A DNA stretch of 64,000 bases from an uncultured Gammaproteobacteria bacterium (GCA_964371245.1 CAYJKP010000002.1:102960-166959); one strand, 5' to 3'. Shown: positions 46,680 to 55,203, counted from the stretch's first letter. Program-made: numbers and translations. Notes: generated from the letters alone by a model not told the origin.

Positions 46680-48244
46680 GAAGTTGTGGACGCAGTACTA
46701 CCTGTACTCTGCTTATCCTCTGTGTTAACGGGGATTGCTCCCAATATATCAATCTGATTATGTCCAAACTCTATCTTTCTTACTAGGCTCTGAAGAATAA
46801 ACTGCTTTTCATCAAATGTAGTATTATTCAGTCTTTTTGAGACATGTTTACAGTAATATTTAATTCCCCTGGAGATAATACTATAAGTAGGATTGTTCTG
46901 TTGTGTTTGGCATGTGTTTTTTTGTTCATTAAGTCGTTTAATGTTTTCTTTAATATTCACCATTTTATCCTTCAATTGATTTAGCTCAACTGCCCCCTCA
47001 CTGTATGCGTCCAACAAACGCTTCTCCTTTTGTTGCTCATTATTAATATCTTTATCTAAGCGTGTTATTTCATTACTGGTTTCCTGAATAGATAGAATAT
47101 TAGTATTTTTTATTCTCTTTACCTGACTCATTATTATATTTGGGTTTATTAATGCCTCACAGACAGTTCCCCAAACTAATGGCTCAAGTATATGCGTACT
47201 GACCATGCTAGCACTACATGTTCTGGGTAACGGAAAATTACGGTGGCGATTACCACATCTGTAAAACGTCTTGTCGTGAACCGGAGTACCATAATATGGC
47301 GATCCACAATCCTTACAAACAACTAAGCCCCTAAGTAAATAGTGGTTCTTTATATTCCTTGGAGACAACTTAACGTTTTCTTTTAATTGTTTTTGAGCTC
47401 GGTCAAAAACGTCCTGTCCAATTATTGACGGCACACTAATGGGTATCCACTCTGATTTATTCCTCAGTTTTCTGCCAGTCCTAACACTCCGTTTATATTT
47501 AACGTTAGTCGGAGACTCAATAGACGCATATTTGTTATAATAGGTTATCCCTGTATATGTGTTATTTCTAATTATTCTAGCCACGCTACTTTTCGCCCAT
47601 TTTCCCTTGCCCCCTCTAGGTTGAATGTTCTCTTGTGTTAATTTTTTAGTAATACCTCGAATACTAAGTCTGTCATCAGTAAACCATTTATAAATTAATC
47701 TAACTACCTTGGCTTCTGTTTCAAGTATTTTGTAATAGCCGTTACGTTTTTCGTTTTTCTTAACATATGTGTATCCATATGGCGGTAAACTTCCAACAAT
47801 ATCGCCCCTTCTGGCCTTTGCTAATCTGCCCCTACGCGTTCTCTCCAATATTTTTCCTTTTTCGTATTCGGCGATTAACCCCTGGAAACCAAGCAATAGT
47901 TGATCCTCTGGATTATCACCAATTTCTCTATTAAAAAATAGTAGTTTTACTTTGTTCTTCTCAAGCTCCTCTTTGATTAAATACTGGTATGCGTAATTTC
48001 TCGCCAATCGATCAGGGGAATGAATTAATGCACCCTCAAAAAGATTCTTTTTAGCGTCATCTCTTAGCCTATCCATGCCTGGCCTAGCCATTATTTCACC
48101 GCTCCAGCCGTCATCAATATATTCATCAATAACTGTATGGTTGTTTTTTTTGGCATACTCTTTCAAAGCATCTACCTGTGATCTAATGGTTTTTTGTTGT
48201 TCTTGCCTCTCAGTCGAAACGCGAGCATAAATCGCAATTTTCAT
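46556..48244 (-). CDS. Large serine recombinase (integrase)
   Basis: AIYARVST catalytic Ser, DDGWSG...RPGM, DRLAR, PPYGY, zinc ribbon C..CG...YRC...C, coiled coil; reads through attR. Confidence 0.96.
   Translation of the reverse strand: MKIAIYARVSTERQEQQKTIRSQVDALKEYAKKNNHTVIDEYIDDGWSGEIMARPGMDRLRDDAKKNLFEGALIHSPDRLARNYAYQYLIKEELEKNKVKLLFFNREIGDNPEDQLLLGFQGLIAEYEKGKILERTRRGRLAKARRGDIVGSLPPYGYTYVKKNEKRNGYYKILETEAKVVRLIYKWFTDDRLSIRGITKKLTQENIQPRGGKGKWAKSSVARIIRNNTYTGITYYNKYASIESPTNVKYKRSVRTGRKLRNKSEWIPISVPSIIGQDVFDRAQKQLKENVKLSPRNIKNHYLLRGLVVCKDCGSPYYGTPVHDKTFYRCGNRHRNFPLPRTCSASMVSTHILEPLVWGTVCEALINPNIIMSQVKRIKNTNILSIQETSNEITRLDKDINNEQQKEKRLLDAYSEGAVELNQLKDKMVNIKENIKRLNEQKNTCQTQQNNPTYSIISRGIKYYCKHVSKRLNNTTFDEKQFILQSLVRKIEFGHNQIDILGAIPVNTEDKQSTGSTASTTSFFPDRPVQGRPFWPKPSFRSCLSLSWKNRSRSPRFTASPV
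46660..46698 (-). other. attR junction; shared core CTT on minus strand at 46677-46679
   Basis: Element arm GTACTGCGTCCACAACTT (46681-46698, minus) joined to comM 3' sequence. Confidence 0.85.
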
Positions 48245-48351
48245 ATTTATTGTCTAAATTATTGGTTATGTTAGAATACAAAAGCAGTAATCTGCACCAA
48301 AGACTTCTTGTTTAGCGATGGGGAGTCTTTTGGTATATTGTTTCGCTTTCT

Positions 48352-48756
48352 TTACTGTGGGTATCTTTTAAAACATTCATCTTTCGATTCTTTACGAAAA
48401 CTTTCAATATGATTTGCGGTTGCTGAAGGAAGGCTACAGTCGTCCTTTAATTTTCTTGATTCACATTCTGTCTTCCATTGCGCCAAATAGCTTTCATCTG
48501 CTGACTGTAGACATACATTTAATAATCTTGTGTTCAATGATTCTTTTGATTTTTCATCCTCTATTTTTTTTTGTTCTGACGACCATTTGTCTCTCTCAAA
48601 GTCTAATTTCGCTTTCTCTTTTTGCGGTATAAAAATCACAAAGTAGTAAAATATTGACCCGGCGACAATTAATATACCTAATACAATGGCGATTGTAATA
48701 ATTTTTTTATGATATTTATGTCTATTTTCTTGTTCGTTGATTAATTGCTCTTCCAT
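48352..48756 (-). CDS. Single-TM protein with coiled coil and four C-terminal Cys
   Basis: ORF track; TM near residues 20-43. Confidence 0.7.
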   Translation of the reverse strand: MEEQLINEQENRHKYHKKIITIAIVLGILIVAGSIFYYFVIFIPQKEKAKLDFERDKWSSEQKKIEDEKSKESLNTRLLNVCLQSADESYLAQWKTECESRKLKDDCSLPSATANHIESFRKESKDECFKRYPQ

Positions 48757-48768
48757 AAATTATAAAAG

Positions 48769-48933
48769 TTAATTGTTAGTCTTGTTTAATAATTTATAAA
48801 TATTTTTTTCACTAATTCTCCAATGCCCAATCTTAGAAGCTTTTATTTTACCAGATTTAATATAACGAAAAATCGTTCGTTCACTTACTCTTAATATAGC
48901 GGCTACTTCTTTGATCGTTAGTAGTCTGTCCAT
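48769..48933 (-). CDS. Excisionase/BldC-like HTH_17 DNA-binding protein (54 aa), below the ORF-track cutoff
   Basis: MDRLLTIKEVAAILRVSERTIFRYIKSGKIKASKIGHWRISEKNIYKLLNKTNN. Confidence 0.9.
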   Translation of the reverse strand: MDRLLTIKEVAAILRVSERTIFRYIKSGKIKASKIGHWRISEKNIYKLLNKTNN

Positions 48934-48941
48934 ATAAACAT

Positions 48942-49023
48942 AGTGTAAAACGATATATTTCTATTGTCAAGTATTGTCATGCTTTGTCATTCTATTGACT
49001 TGTTGGGCTTACGGGCGTATGTT
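48942..49023. promoter_or_regulatory. Divergent promoters with three phased TTGTCA repeats
   Basis: Minus: TTGACA (48970-48965)-17-TACACT. Plus: TTGACT (48995)-17-TATGTT. TTGTCA at 48964, 48974 and 48984. Confidence 0.65.
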
Positions 49024-49075
49024 TGGGTTGCAAGAGTTCCTTGATTAAACGCTAATTGTCTAATTAATCCTGTAT

Positions 49076-49861
49076 ATGAAAGAAAAATCAATTATTCATT
49101 TCTTGATTCTCGGAATGTTCTCCATTATTGTTGGTGGTGGAATTCTTTGGTATGCATCACAATTCAAGACTGATTCTTCTACCATAGGAATTATTCATAA
49201 TATTCCAAAAGTATTAGGCGAAGAAACAAAAAATATTAATGTTCCGGCAGTAAATACTAATGAACCTATTGTAGAAGAAAAAGCTGCATCTCAACCAGTT
49301 GCTTCAACAGGAATGTCATCTAGCGAAGTAAGTGGACTATTTTTGACTTATTATAATCGCGGCGCTAGCCAAGATGAACTTAATTGGTGGTCGGGGCGAA
49401 ATAAATCAGAACTAGAGTCTAACTTAAAGAGCCATCCACTAACTAAAGACAATAATCAATCCCAACAAACTGCTACAAATACTAATACCAACTCAACACC
49501 TACTACAAATACCAACGCCACGCCCACACCGACTCCTACTGTTGACCCTGCGATAAAAATCGAGCTCTGTAAGTCCGAAGCGGATACAGCTAAGATAGCC
49601 GCAAAAACAACATGCACTAACTCTGCGATGGAAGCGTTTCGTGCAGACCCCAATAACGTCATGGCCCTGAAAGAATCGTCGAAGTGCAACACCAAATATT
49701 CCGACATCTTTGATCCCAGTGCAAGAAATTCCTTAATAAATCAATGCGTAAGCATGTATACTCAAGTAATGAGCGACATAAAATCCGGCTACCTGACCAA
49801 GATACCTGCATGCACAGATGCGGTCTATCAAAATACCTATACTGAATGTTTGAATAAGTAA
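49076..49861 (+). CDS. Membrane-anchored exported protein with Thr/Asn/Pro linker and six-Cys C-terminal domain
   Basis: N-terminal TM; NTNTN/PTPTP linker. Confidence 0.75.
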   Translation: MKEKSIIHFLILGMFSIIVGGGILWYASQFKTDSSTIGIIHNIPKVLGEETKNINVPAVNTNEPIVEEKAASQPVASTGMSSSEVSGLFLTYYNRGASQDELNWWSGRNKSELESNLKSHPLTKDNNQSQQTATNTNTNSTPTTNTNATPTPTPTVDPAIKIELCKSEADTAKIAAKTTCTNSAMEAFRADPNNVMALKESSKCNTKYSDIFDPSARNSLINQCVSMYTQVMSDIKSGYLTKIPACTDAVYQNTYTECLNK

Positions 49862-50086
49862 CACCATTTGAGCATAAGAATACTTTTTCATAGTACTAGA
49901 CAACTGGTATTTTTTACTTTATTTAATCAACCTCTTTTAAGTAGTAACAAAATCACTTAACTCTCTTTATATGATTCGTAAAATCATAATCAAGTCTCTT
50001 GAGTAATCCATAGTTACTATATACCCCATAGTTACCTACTTAATAGAACAGATACTATATAGTTACTAGAGTACTATATTAGGGTA

Positions 50087-50380
50087 TTACGTCTGTAAGC
50101 TTTCTTTGAAGACCTGATTATTGAATTCTTCGACTATCTTCGTTTCTAATTCTTTCCATAGTTCGGGGTTTTCGCAATAATAGTAGAATTCCCATTTTTT
50201 GTTATCCTTTTGTTTTCTGGGTGGATAAACAAAATAGTTACCATCTAATTTACGAAGATGTACGGTGAAACCTTTTATCCTGTGAACGTCATCAATAATG
50301 ATGTTGGCGATAGCCAGTGTTGAGCTACCCGGTTTTTTAGTTTTAACGCTGACTTTGATGTTTGATGTATCAATACTCAT
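50087..50380 (-). CDS. SpoVG-like nucleic-acid-binding protein
   Basis: 'LAIANIIIDD..RIKGFTV......FVYPPRKQ......ELETKIVEEF' follows the SpoVG pattern (AIASITLD..VHDIRV..LFVAMPSKR..IQDAVLNEY). Confidence 0.7.
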   Translation of the reverse strand: MSIDTSNIKVSVKTKKPGSSTLAIANIIIDDVHRIKGFTVHLRKLDGNYFVYPPRKQKDNKKWEFYYYCENPELWKELETKIVEEFNNQVFKESLQT

Positions 50381-50451
50381 TTTCGATAAATTATTTTGTT
50401 AGAGGACAATTTTTAGTGCTCACAGACACAAATAGGGGGGTCAAAACGGGG

Positions 50452-50661
50452 TCATAACAAAAGCTGACGTCTTAGGATGTCCTTGATTATCTGTTCTTTT
50501 TCAGAAGGGTCATAATCGTCCCTTGAGACACACTTGTTGAAGTGTTTACGGATCAGCCTCGGTTTGTCGGTATTATTCAATGACTGCCAAAATGCAGGTA
50601 CATCACCAACAAGTGGGTTTTTTCTTTTAATTGCCTTGAATCGTGTTGATATTGATTTCAT
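50452..50661 (-). CDS. Small basic hypothetical protein (69 aa)
   Basis: ORF co-oriented with its neighbours. Confidence 0.55.
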   Translation of the reverse strand: MKSISTRFKAIKRKNPLVGDVPAFWQSLNNTDKPRLIRKHFNKCVSRDDYDPSEKEQIIKDILRRQLLL

Positions 50662-50688
50662 GGTTTTTGTGAGTTATTCATCTTGATT

Positions 50689-50829
50689 TTAATTATTGTT
50701 ATGTCGTATTTTCTTCTCAATTTCATAAATATCTTTTAGCAGTAAATCAAACACAATGTTTAAACTATTATTCTGTAATTCGTTTTTTTCTTGTATGATT
50801 GTTATTTTGTAAAGATTTGTTTTTTCCAT
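50689..50829 (-). CDS. Possible 46-aa protein
   Basis: MEKTNLYKITIIQEKNELQNNSLNIVFDLLLKDIYEIEKKIRHNNN, directly upstream of 50661. Confidence 0.35.
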   Translation of the reverse strand: MEKTNLYKITIIQEKNELQNNSLNIVFDLLLKDIYEIEKKIRHNNN

Positions 50830-51250
50830 ATAAAAAGAGCTAACCAATTTAGCTCCTCACGGGTATGCGCGAAGATTTAATAATTTATTTATTACAAATC
50901 ATAAATTATTGGTCAAGCTTCTAAGCAGCACAGCCTATGAACATGTTATTAACAATTTACGTAATATATTAACAAAACTGGAGTAATTTCCAGTTTATTG
51001 TTTATATATTAATCGAGTAATTTGATGGTATATCCCTACTATTTTGTACCAATCGCAGTACGTATACTGTTTTAGTCAAGACGAGTGTAATATGTGCCAG
51101 TTATCGGTTACACCGAAGTATGCAAATTGTAATGGCCTTTTTGTGATATATGGTTTGAGAGTCATAAAATTACTACGACCCCAAACTACACCCCACCCCT
51201 CTATGTCCCCTCGTTGTATTTGGTTAAATAAATGTTTATTCCAGAGCTTT

Positions 51251-52255
51251 CTACCCGCCTGGGCAAATGCTCTCACATGGCACACCATCTTTATCATTAT
51301 CTCTAATTGAACAACCACAATTATTCAACTGATAATATGCCTCCTCGCAGGTGGATATTTGCGTGCAAGTCTTCTTGCAGTCGCATGTATATTTTGACGT
51401 ATTAGTATCTGTGGCTGTGTTTGTATTTGTAACAACGTTTGTGTTGGTAGTTGTGTTCGTATTTACGACTGTATTGATATTTGCTGCTGTGTTAGTACTT
51501 GTCTGTGTTGTGGGTATTTCCGTAGAACCATTGCAAGTATTATCCGCCCATAATCCCTTCTTGCCTTCACGAGCCCGAGTTTCTAGAGTTTTATATTCCT
51601 CCGTCTTTGAAGTCGGATACTTCAAATAGGCATACGCGTACCCTTCCCGAATCATCGTTGCTCCAATGTCTTCATTTTCTAAGTATATATACCGCAACAA
51701 CCTGCCGTACTTATCTCTATCCCCTTGGCTAGCATCCACTAATAGTATTACCTTTTTACCATTAACCAACTCTTTCATTTTATCAGACGCTTCCTTGCCA
51801 AAACACTGAACCGCTTTTCTAGGATCAACTGTCTCTGGAGTATCAATTCCGAGAATACGTATCTTGTTTCCATCAGATAATTTTACTGTGTCCCCATCAA
51901 CCACGCTTGAAATAATTGCTTCCGAACCAACCGGATTTGTTATACTTGAATTACTCGACGATACAACTGTATAGTTTGAGGGGATTGTTACGTCCTCTTG
52001 TTTTATATCTACTACAGAATCATCTGCGGTCTTATCATCGTCATATTCTACCAGTGAAGGTATAGTGATTGTTTTTGTGACTTCTGAATTGACGTTATTA
52101 TTTGTATTGTTTTGCGGCTGATTTGAATTTGTTTTATTGCTACTACTAATTGACGCAATTCCAATTATAAATAATATAAAGCCACCTATAATCCAAAGCC
52201 ATTTTTTACTTTTCTTTTTTGGTTTTTGTTCTTGATCTGTCTGTTGATTGTCCAT
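51251..52255 (-). CDS. Membrane-anchored thermonuclease (SNase) with C-terminal Excalibur Ca-binding domain
   Basis: VVDGDT, IRILGIDTPE, DKYGRLLRY, AREGKKGLW; CTQISTCEEA...DNDKDGVPCE. Confidence 0.93.
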   Translation of the reverse strand: MDNQQTDQEQKPKKKSKKWLWIIGGFILFIIGIASISSSNKTNSNQPQNNTNNNVNSEVTKTITIPSLVEYDDDKTADDSVVDIKQEDVTIPSNYTVVSSSNSSITNPVGSEAIISSVVDGDTVKLSDGNKIRILGIDTPETVDPRKAVQCFGKEASDKMKELVNGKKVILLVDASQGDRDKYGRLLRYIYLENEDIGATMIREGYAYAYLKYPTSKTEEYKTLETRAREGKKGLWADNTCNGSTEIPTTQTSTNTAANINTVVNTNTTTNTNVVTNTNTATDTNTSKYTCDCKKTCTQISTCEEAYYQLNNCGCSIRDNDKDGVPCESICPGG

Positions 52256-52270
52256 AAATGTATTGATTAT

Positions 52271-52462
52271 TTAAGTACCAAAATGCCTCCCACACAATGT
52301 TGTGCAACCTTGGGCTTTAATGTCGGGCATGTCTTTAAGACATTGAATCCGGCAAGCCTCAAATTCTGTCTTTTGGCTTGGCCTTAAAACAAGATAATAT
52401 GCAACCGATAACGCAACAAGCCAAATTCCAAATACGATGCTGATTTTTAGAAACTTGCTCAT
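52271..52462 (-). CDS. Small single-TM protein with four Cys
   Basis: TM 'VALSVAYYLV' resembles 'VAGSIFYYFV' in 48352-48756; CxxxC...CxxxC. Confidence 0.6.
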   Translation of the reverse strand: MSKFLKISIVFGIWLVALSVAYYLVLRPSQKTEFEACRIQCLKDMPDIKAQGCTTLCGRHFGT

Positions 52463-52523
52463 AACATTGTTAGTTAATTTTTAATAATATATCGATCTAA
52501 TCTCGTCAATAATATATATGATC

Positions 52524-52982
52524 CTATTTATTTGCTTGTTTTTTAGTTGTATATTTTTCAGCCATCTCAATAATGTAGGAATTGTAACTACCGCTATTCC
52601 ATAAATCTTTATTAAACCAAGCCCAAATTTTAATTTTTTTCATCAGAATATTCTTAATCTCTTCTATTTCTTGATTTGTTGGTATCGTTATATTTTGTTT
52701 ATTGTTCTTTTCTTTGTAGTAATAAATATAGCCATCAATGAGTTCTTGTCTCGCACGAACAAATCCGGAATGTTGAGCATATACCAATAAGATAAGTGAC
52801 AGAAAATATACAACAATTAATATAACCCACCAATTTCCATCAGCCTGTAGCTTTGAAATACCATCATCAATTACTCGGAAAATAGTAATGATTAGTAAAC
52901 CAACAAAAGCAACAATTGGAACATAAGCTAGGGCAATTAGCATATTTTCCCACAAATTTCTTTTCCTAAACGTAATAAGCAC
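52524..52982 (-). CDS. Two-TM hypothetical membrane protein
   Basis: ORF track; two hydrophobic segments. Confidence 0.6.
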   Translation of the reverse strand: MLITFRKRNLWENMLIALAYVPIVAFVGLLIITIFRVIDDGISKLQADGNWWVILIVVYFLSLILLVYAQHSGFVRARQELIDGYIYYYKEKNNKQNITIPTNQEIEEIKNILMKKIKIWAWFNKDLWNSGSYNSYIIEMAEKYTTKKQANK

Positions 52983-53125
52983 TTTTGTTGATTTTCACTT
53001 AATGCCCTGTATTGAAGTTATATGCCCAGGCCATACCCCCCCCTATATACGCCCCCTCTTTGTATATATAGTTAAATTATACCCTCTTTGGCATCTTTTT
53101 GACCAACCGAAACTCAATGCTTGTT

Positions 53126-53165
53126 GTACTGTGTCTATAATTTAAGCAGGTTATGCCCGCCGGCG
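53126..53165 (-). other. attL junction; shared core CTT on minus strand at 53144-53146
   Basis: comM 5' sequence ...GGG CAT AAC CTG CTT joined to element arm AAATTATAGACACAGTAC (53143-53126). Confidence 0.85.
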
Positions 53166-53788
53166 GCGGCAATCTCAAGCGCCCGTTTTGCCTGTTCTTG
53201 TCCTTTTATCTGGGAAAAATTAACTGGATATTCAAAGCATTCCCGCCTCGACGCGGTCTGGGTAAACACGGTTAGCGGCGTCGTTCCCTCCAGATGGGCA
53301 ATGAGCGTGTTGAGCGACTGAACCGGATAAATTTCGAGACCGGGAATGATGGCTGCTTCAGCTGCGTTCGCCGCTGGTAAAAATATTTTCCGTAGGCCGT
53401 GGCGTTTGGCTGCCTGCATAATTGAGAGCATCCCCGTAACTGGCCGGAGACGTCCTTCTAAAGAAAGCTCACCGATAAACAGCGCATTGTGGTTGGCCGG
53501 CTGGATTTGGCGCGAGGCCATCAGGATGCTGACCGCGATCGGTAAATCAAACCCTGGTCCTTCTTTTTTCATATCGGCCGGTGCCAGATTCACCGTCACG
53601 CGCGTCGTCGGAAAACGAACGGCGCTGTTTTTTATCGATGAACGAACCCGTTCGCGCGCTTCTTGGACGGCGAGATCCGGCAATCCGACGATGAAAAATT
53701 TTGGCAGACCCGAGGCGATATCCGCCTCGACCTCGACTAATTCGGCCTCGAGGCCGACCACGGCCGCTGATAACACTTTTCCAGGCAT
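53135..53788 (-). CDS. comM: ComM/YifB, 5' part (interrupted; stop codon supplied by the element)
   Basis: VEADIASGLP, VGLPDLAVQEARERV, NLAPADMKKEG..FDLPIA, GELSL.G, GQEQAKRALEIAAAGGHNLL. Confidence 0.93.
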   Translation of the reverse strand: MPGKVLSAAVVGLEAELVEVEADIASGLPKFFIVGLPDLAVQEARERVRSSIKNSAVRFPTTRVTVNLAPADMKKEGPGFDLPIAVSILMASRQIQPANHNALFIGELSLEGRLRPVTGMLSIMQAAKRHGLRKIFLPAANAAEAAIIPGLEIYPVQSLNTLIAHLEGTTPLTVFTQTASRRECFEYPVNFSQIKGQEQAKRALEIAAAGGHNLLKL

Positions 53789-53861
53789 AGAAAAACAGGC
53801 TCGTCTCGCCTGCCATTTAAAACCTACCATAATGAATTAACCCGTGTCAACCGCTTCTTCT

Positions 53862-53899
53862 AGAAAAGAAGAAGCCCCACAAGCATTGCCTGTAGGGCA
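53862..53899 (-). terminator. Intrinsic terminator after 53926-54360
   Basis: GCCCTACAGGC-AAT-GCTTGTGGGGC-TTCTTCTTT. Confidence 0.65.
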
Positions 53900-53925
53900 G
53901 CGTCGGTCTGAACCGACGTAACAGA

Positions 53926-54360
53926 TCAGGATCTAATTGGCTTGGGCCCGGGAGGAAACATCACCCGGGCCAGCGAGTCCGCCGGATAGGGCGAGAACAT
54001 CAGCACCGATGCGCGCGACATGGGATCGTAAAGATCTCTGGCGGCCGTGACGACACCGATGGTGCGATCCCACTTGGCGAAATCCTGTAACTCTATCGGC
54101 TTGATCAGCTCTTGCTTCCAAGCCTTATACAGGATGGTCGTGTGGTCATCAACGTTGGCCAGGAACTTGAGCCGTCCGTCGAGATCCTCCACTCCGACGA
54201 GACACAGACCATCGGTATTCTGGATGATCATGCGGCCGGAGAGCGCCTCATACGTCAGGTACTCTGGATTCGTGGTCAGTGCCGGATGAGTGGCGCACCC
54301 ACCGACAACCAGTGCGGCGACCAGAATCGAAACGGCGAACAACGACTGCAGCAGTCTCAT
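53926..54360 (-). CDS. Putative lipoprotein, hypothetical
   Basis: Signal peptide with lipobox-like VGGC; purine-rich SD; own promoter at 54423-54451. Confidence 0.65.
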   Translation of the reverse strand: MRLLQSLFAVSILVAALVVGGCATHPALTTNPEYLTYEALSGRMIIQNTDGLCLVGVEDLDGRLKFLANVDDHTTILYKAWKQELIKPIELQDFAKWDRTIGVVTAARDLYDPMSRASVLMFSPYPADSLARVMFPPGPKPIRS

Positions 54361-54509
54361 AATGAAACTTCCCCTTTCCGCGATGTACCGACTTCTGTCT
54401 AGGCCTAGGTTGTCAACCGAGTAATTTAGCAGAAAACACAGTTTTTGTCAATACCCTAGCCGGATAGAACATTTATCAACATTTATTAACCTGCTATGAT
54501 AGCAATACT

Positions 54510-55157
54510 ATGCTCGGTTTTCTTCACAAAAAAACAACCCGGCGTATCTTGGGCGAATTCGGTTTTTCCGAATCCGCGCAGGCCCTGGTCGTTTCGTCCT
54601 GCGTCTGGCCTGACGCGGTTCGATATTTTGACGACCGCTACCACGCCCAAACACCCCTTCGATCGGACGGTCGGCCGCAACCGGCTGATGAGGCTGCTTT
54701 ACGCTTCAGCCTGCTCTTGTCTCTATTAATCAATAAAGTCCGGTCGGACGAACCAGCCGAACGGATCGCGTGGCTGGGCGTCTGCCTGCATCTTGTCCAA
54801 GACCTGGCCGTCCACCAAGGCAATACCGGACCGGAACATTTCTGGCAATTATTTTGGCTGTGGAAATTCCCTGATATCGCACCAGCTGATGTTCGACGGG
54901 CGCGTGATTTCAGCCGACAATTTCTCGCTGCTATCCGAGTAAAATTTGGCGAAGTGTTTTGGCACGATCTTATTACTACGCCCATCCCCGCCCTAACGCC
55001 AAACCAGTTGCGCCAGCGTCTTCTTGGAAAAAGTGATTTTTCCTGGCAATCTGTTTTTCAATTTGTCCGAAACGTCTGGCAATATCTCTGGTGGCCGCGA
55101 TCAGCCAAGCGCACGCGCTGGGACATTGCGGCAGTCTTGCGGCAGGCCTTACAATAA
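54510..55157 (+). CDS. Zn-dependent phospholipase C / S1-P1 nuclease-fold protein
   Basis: N-terminal His, WPD...YH, LGVCLHLVQDLAVH, EH. Confidence 0.6.
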   Translation: MLGFLHKKTTRRILGEFGFSESAQALVVSSCVWPDAVRYFDDRYHAQTPLRSDGRPQPADEAALRFSLLLSLLINKVRSDEPAERIAWLGVCLHLVQDLAVHQGNTGPEHFWQLFWLWKFPDIAPADVRRARDFSRQFLAAIRVKFGEVFWHDLITTPIPALTPNQLRQRLLGKSDFSWQSVFQFVRNVWQYLWWPRSAKRTRWDIAAVLRQALQ

Positions 55158-55203
55158 ACACAAAAAAACAGCACTGACACCCAGGCTGTTTTTTTTGTTA
55201 CCC

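Larger units (their letters stand above)
46680..53146. mobile_element. 6,467-bp AT-rich integrative element in comM (serine-integrase type)
   Basis: Splits comM in frame; integrase at one end; imperfect inverted-repeat arms; sharp drop in GC. Confidence 0.93.

Noticed and set aside
51044-51318. ORFs 51076-51318 (-) and 51044-51310 (+)
   Set aside because: They overlap the nuclease 3' end, have no motifs, and span the G-run region, which is better explained as non-coding.
46680-53146. Prophage or ICE
   Set aside because: Only 6.5 kb, with no recognisable capsid, terminase, tail, relaxase or conjugation genes.
45813-53830. comM as a decayed pseudogene or as two independent genes
   Set aside because: The halves join exactly in frame at a shared CTT, with no lost residues or internal stops.
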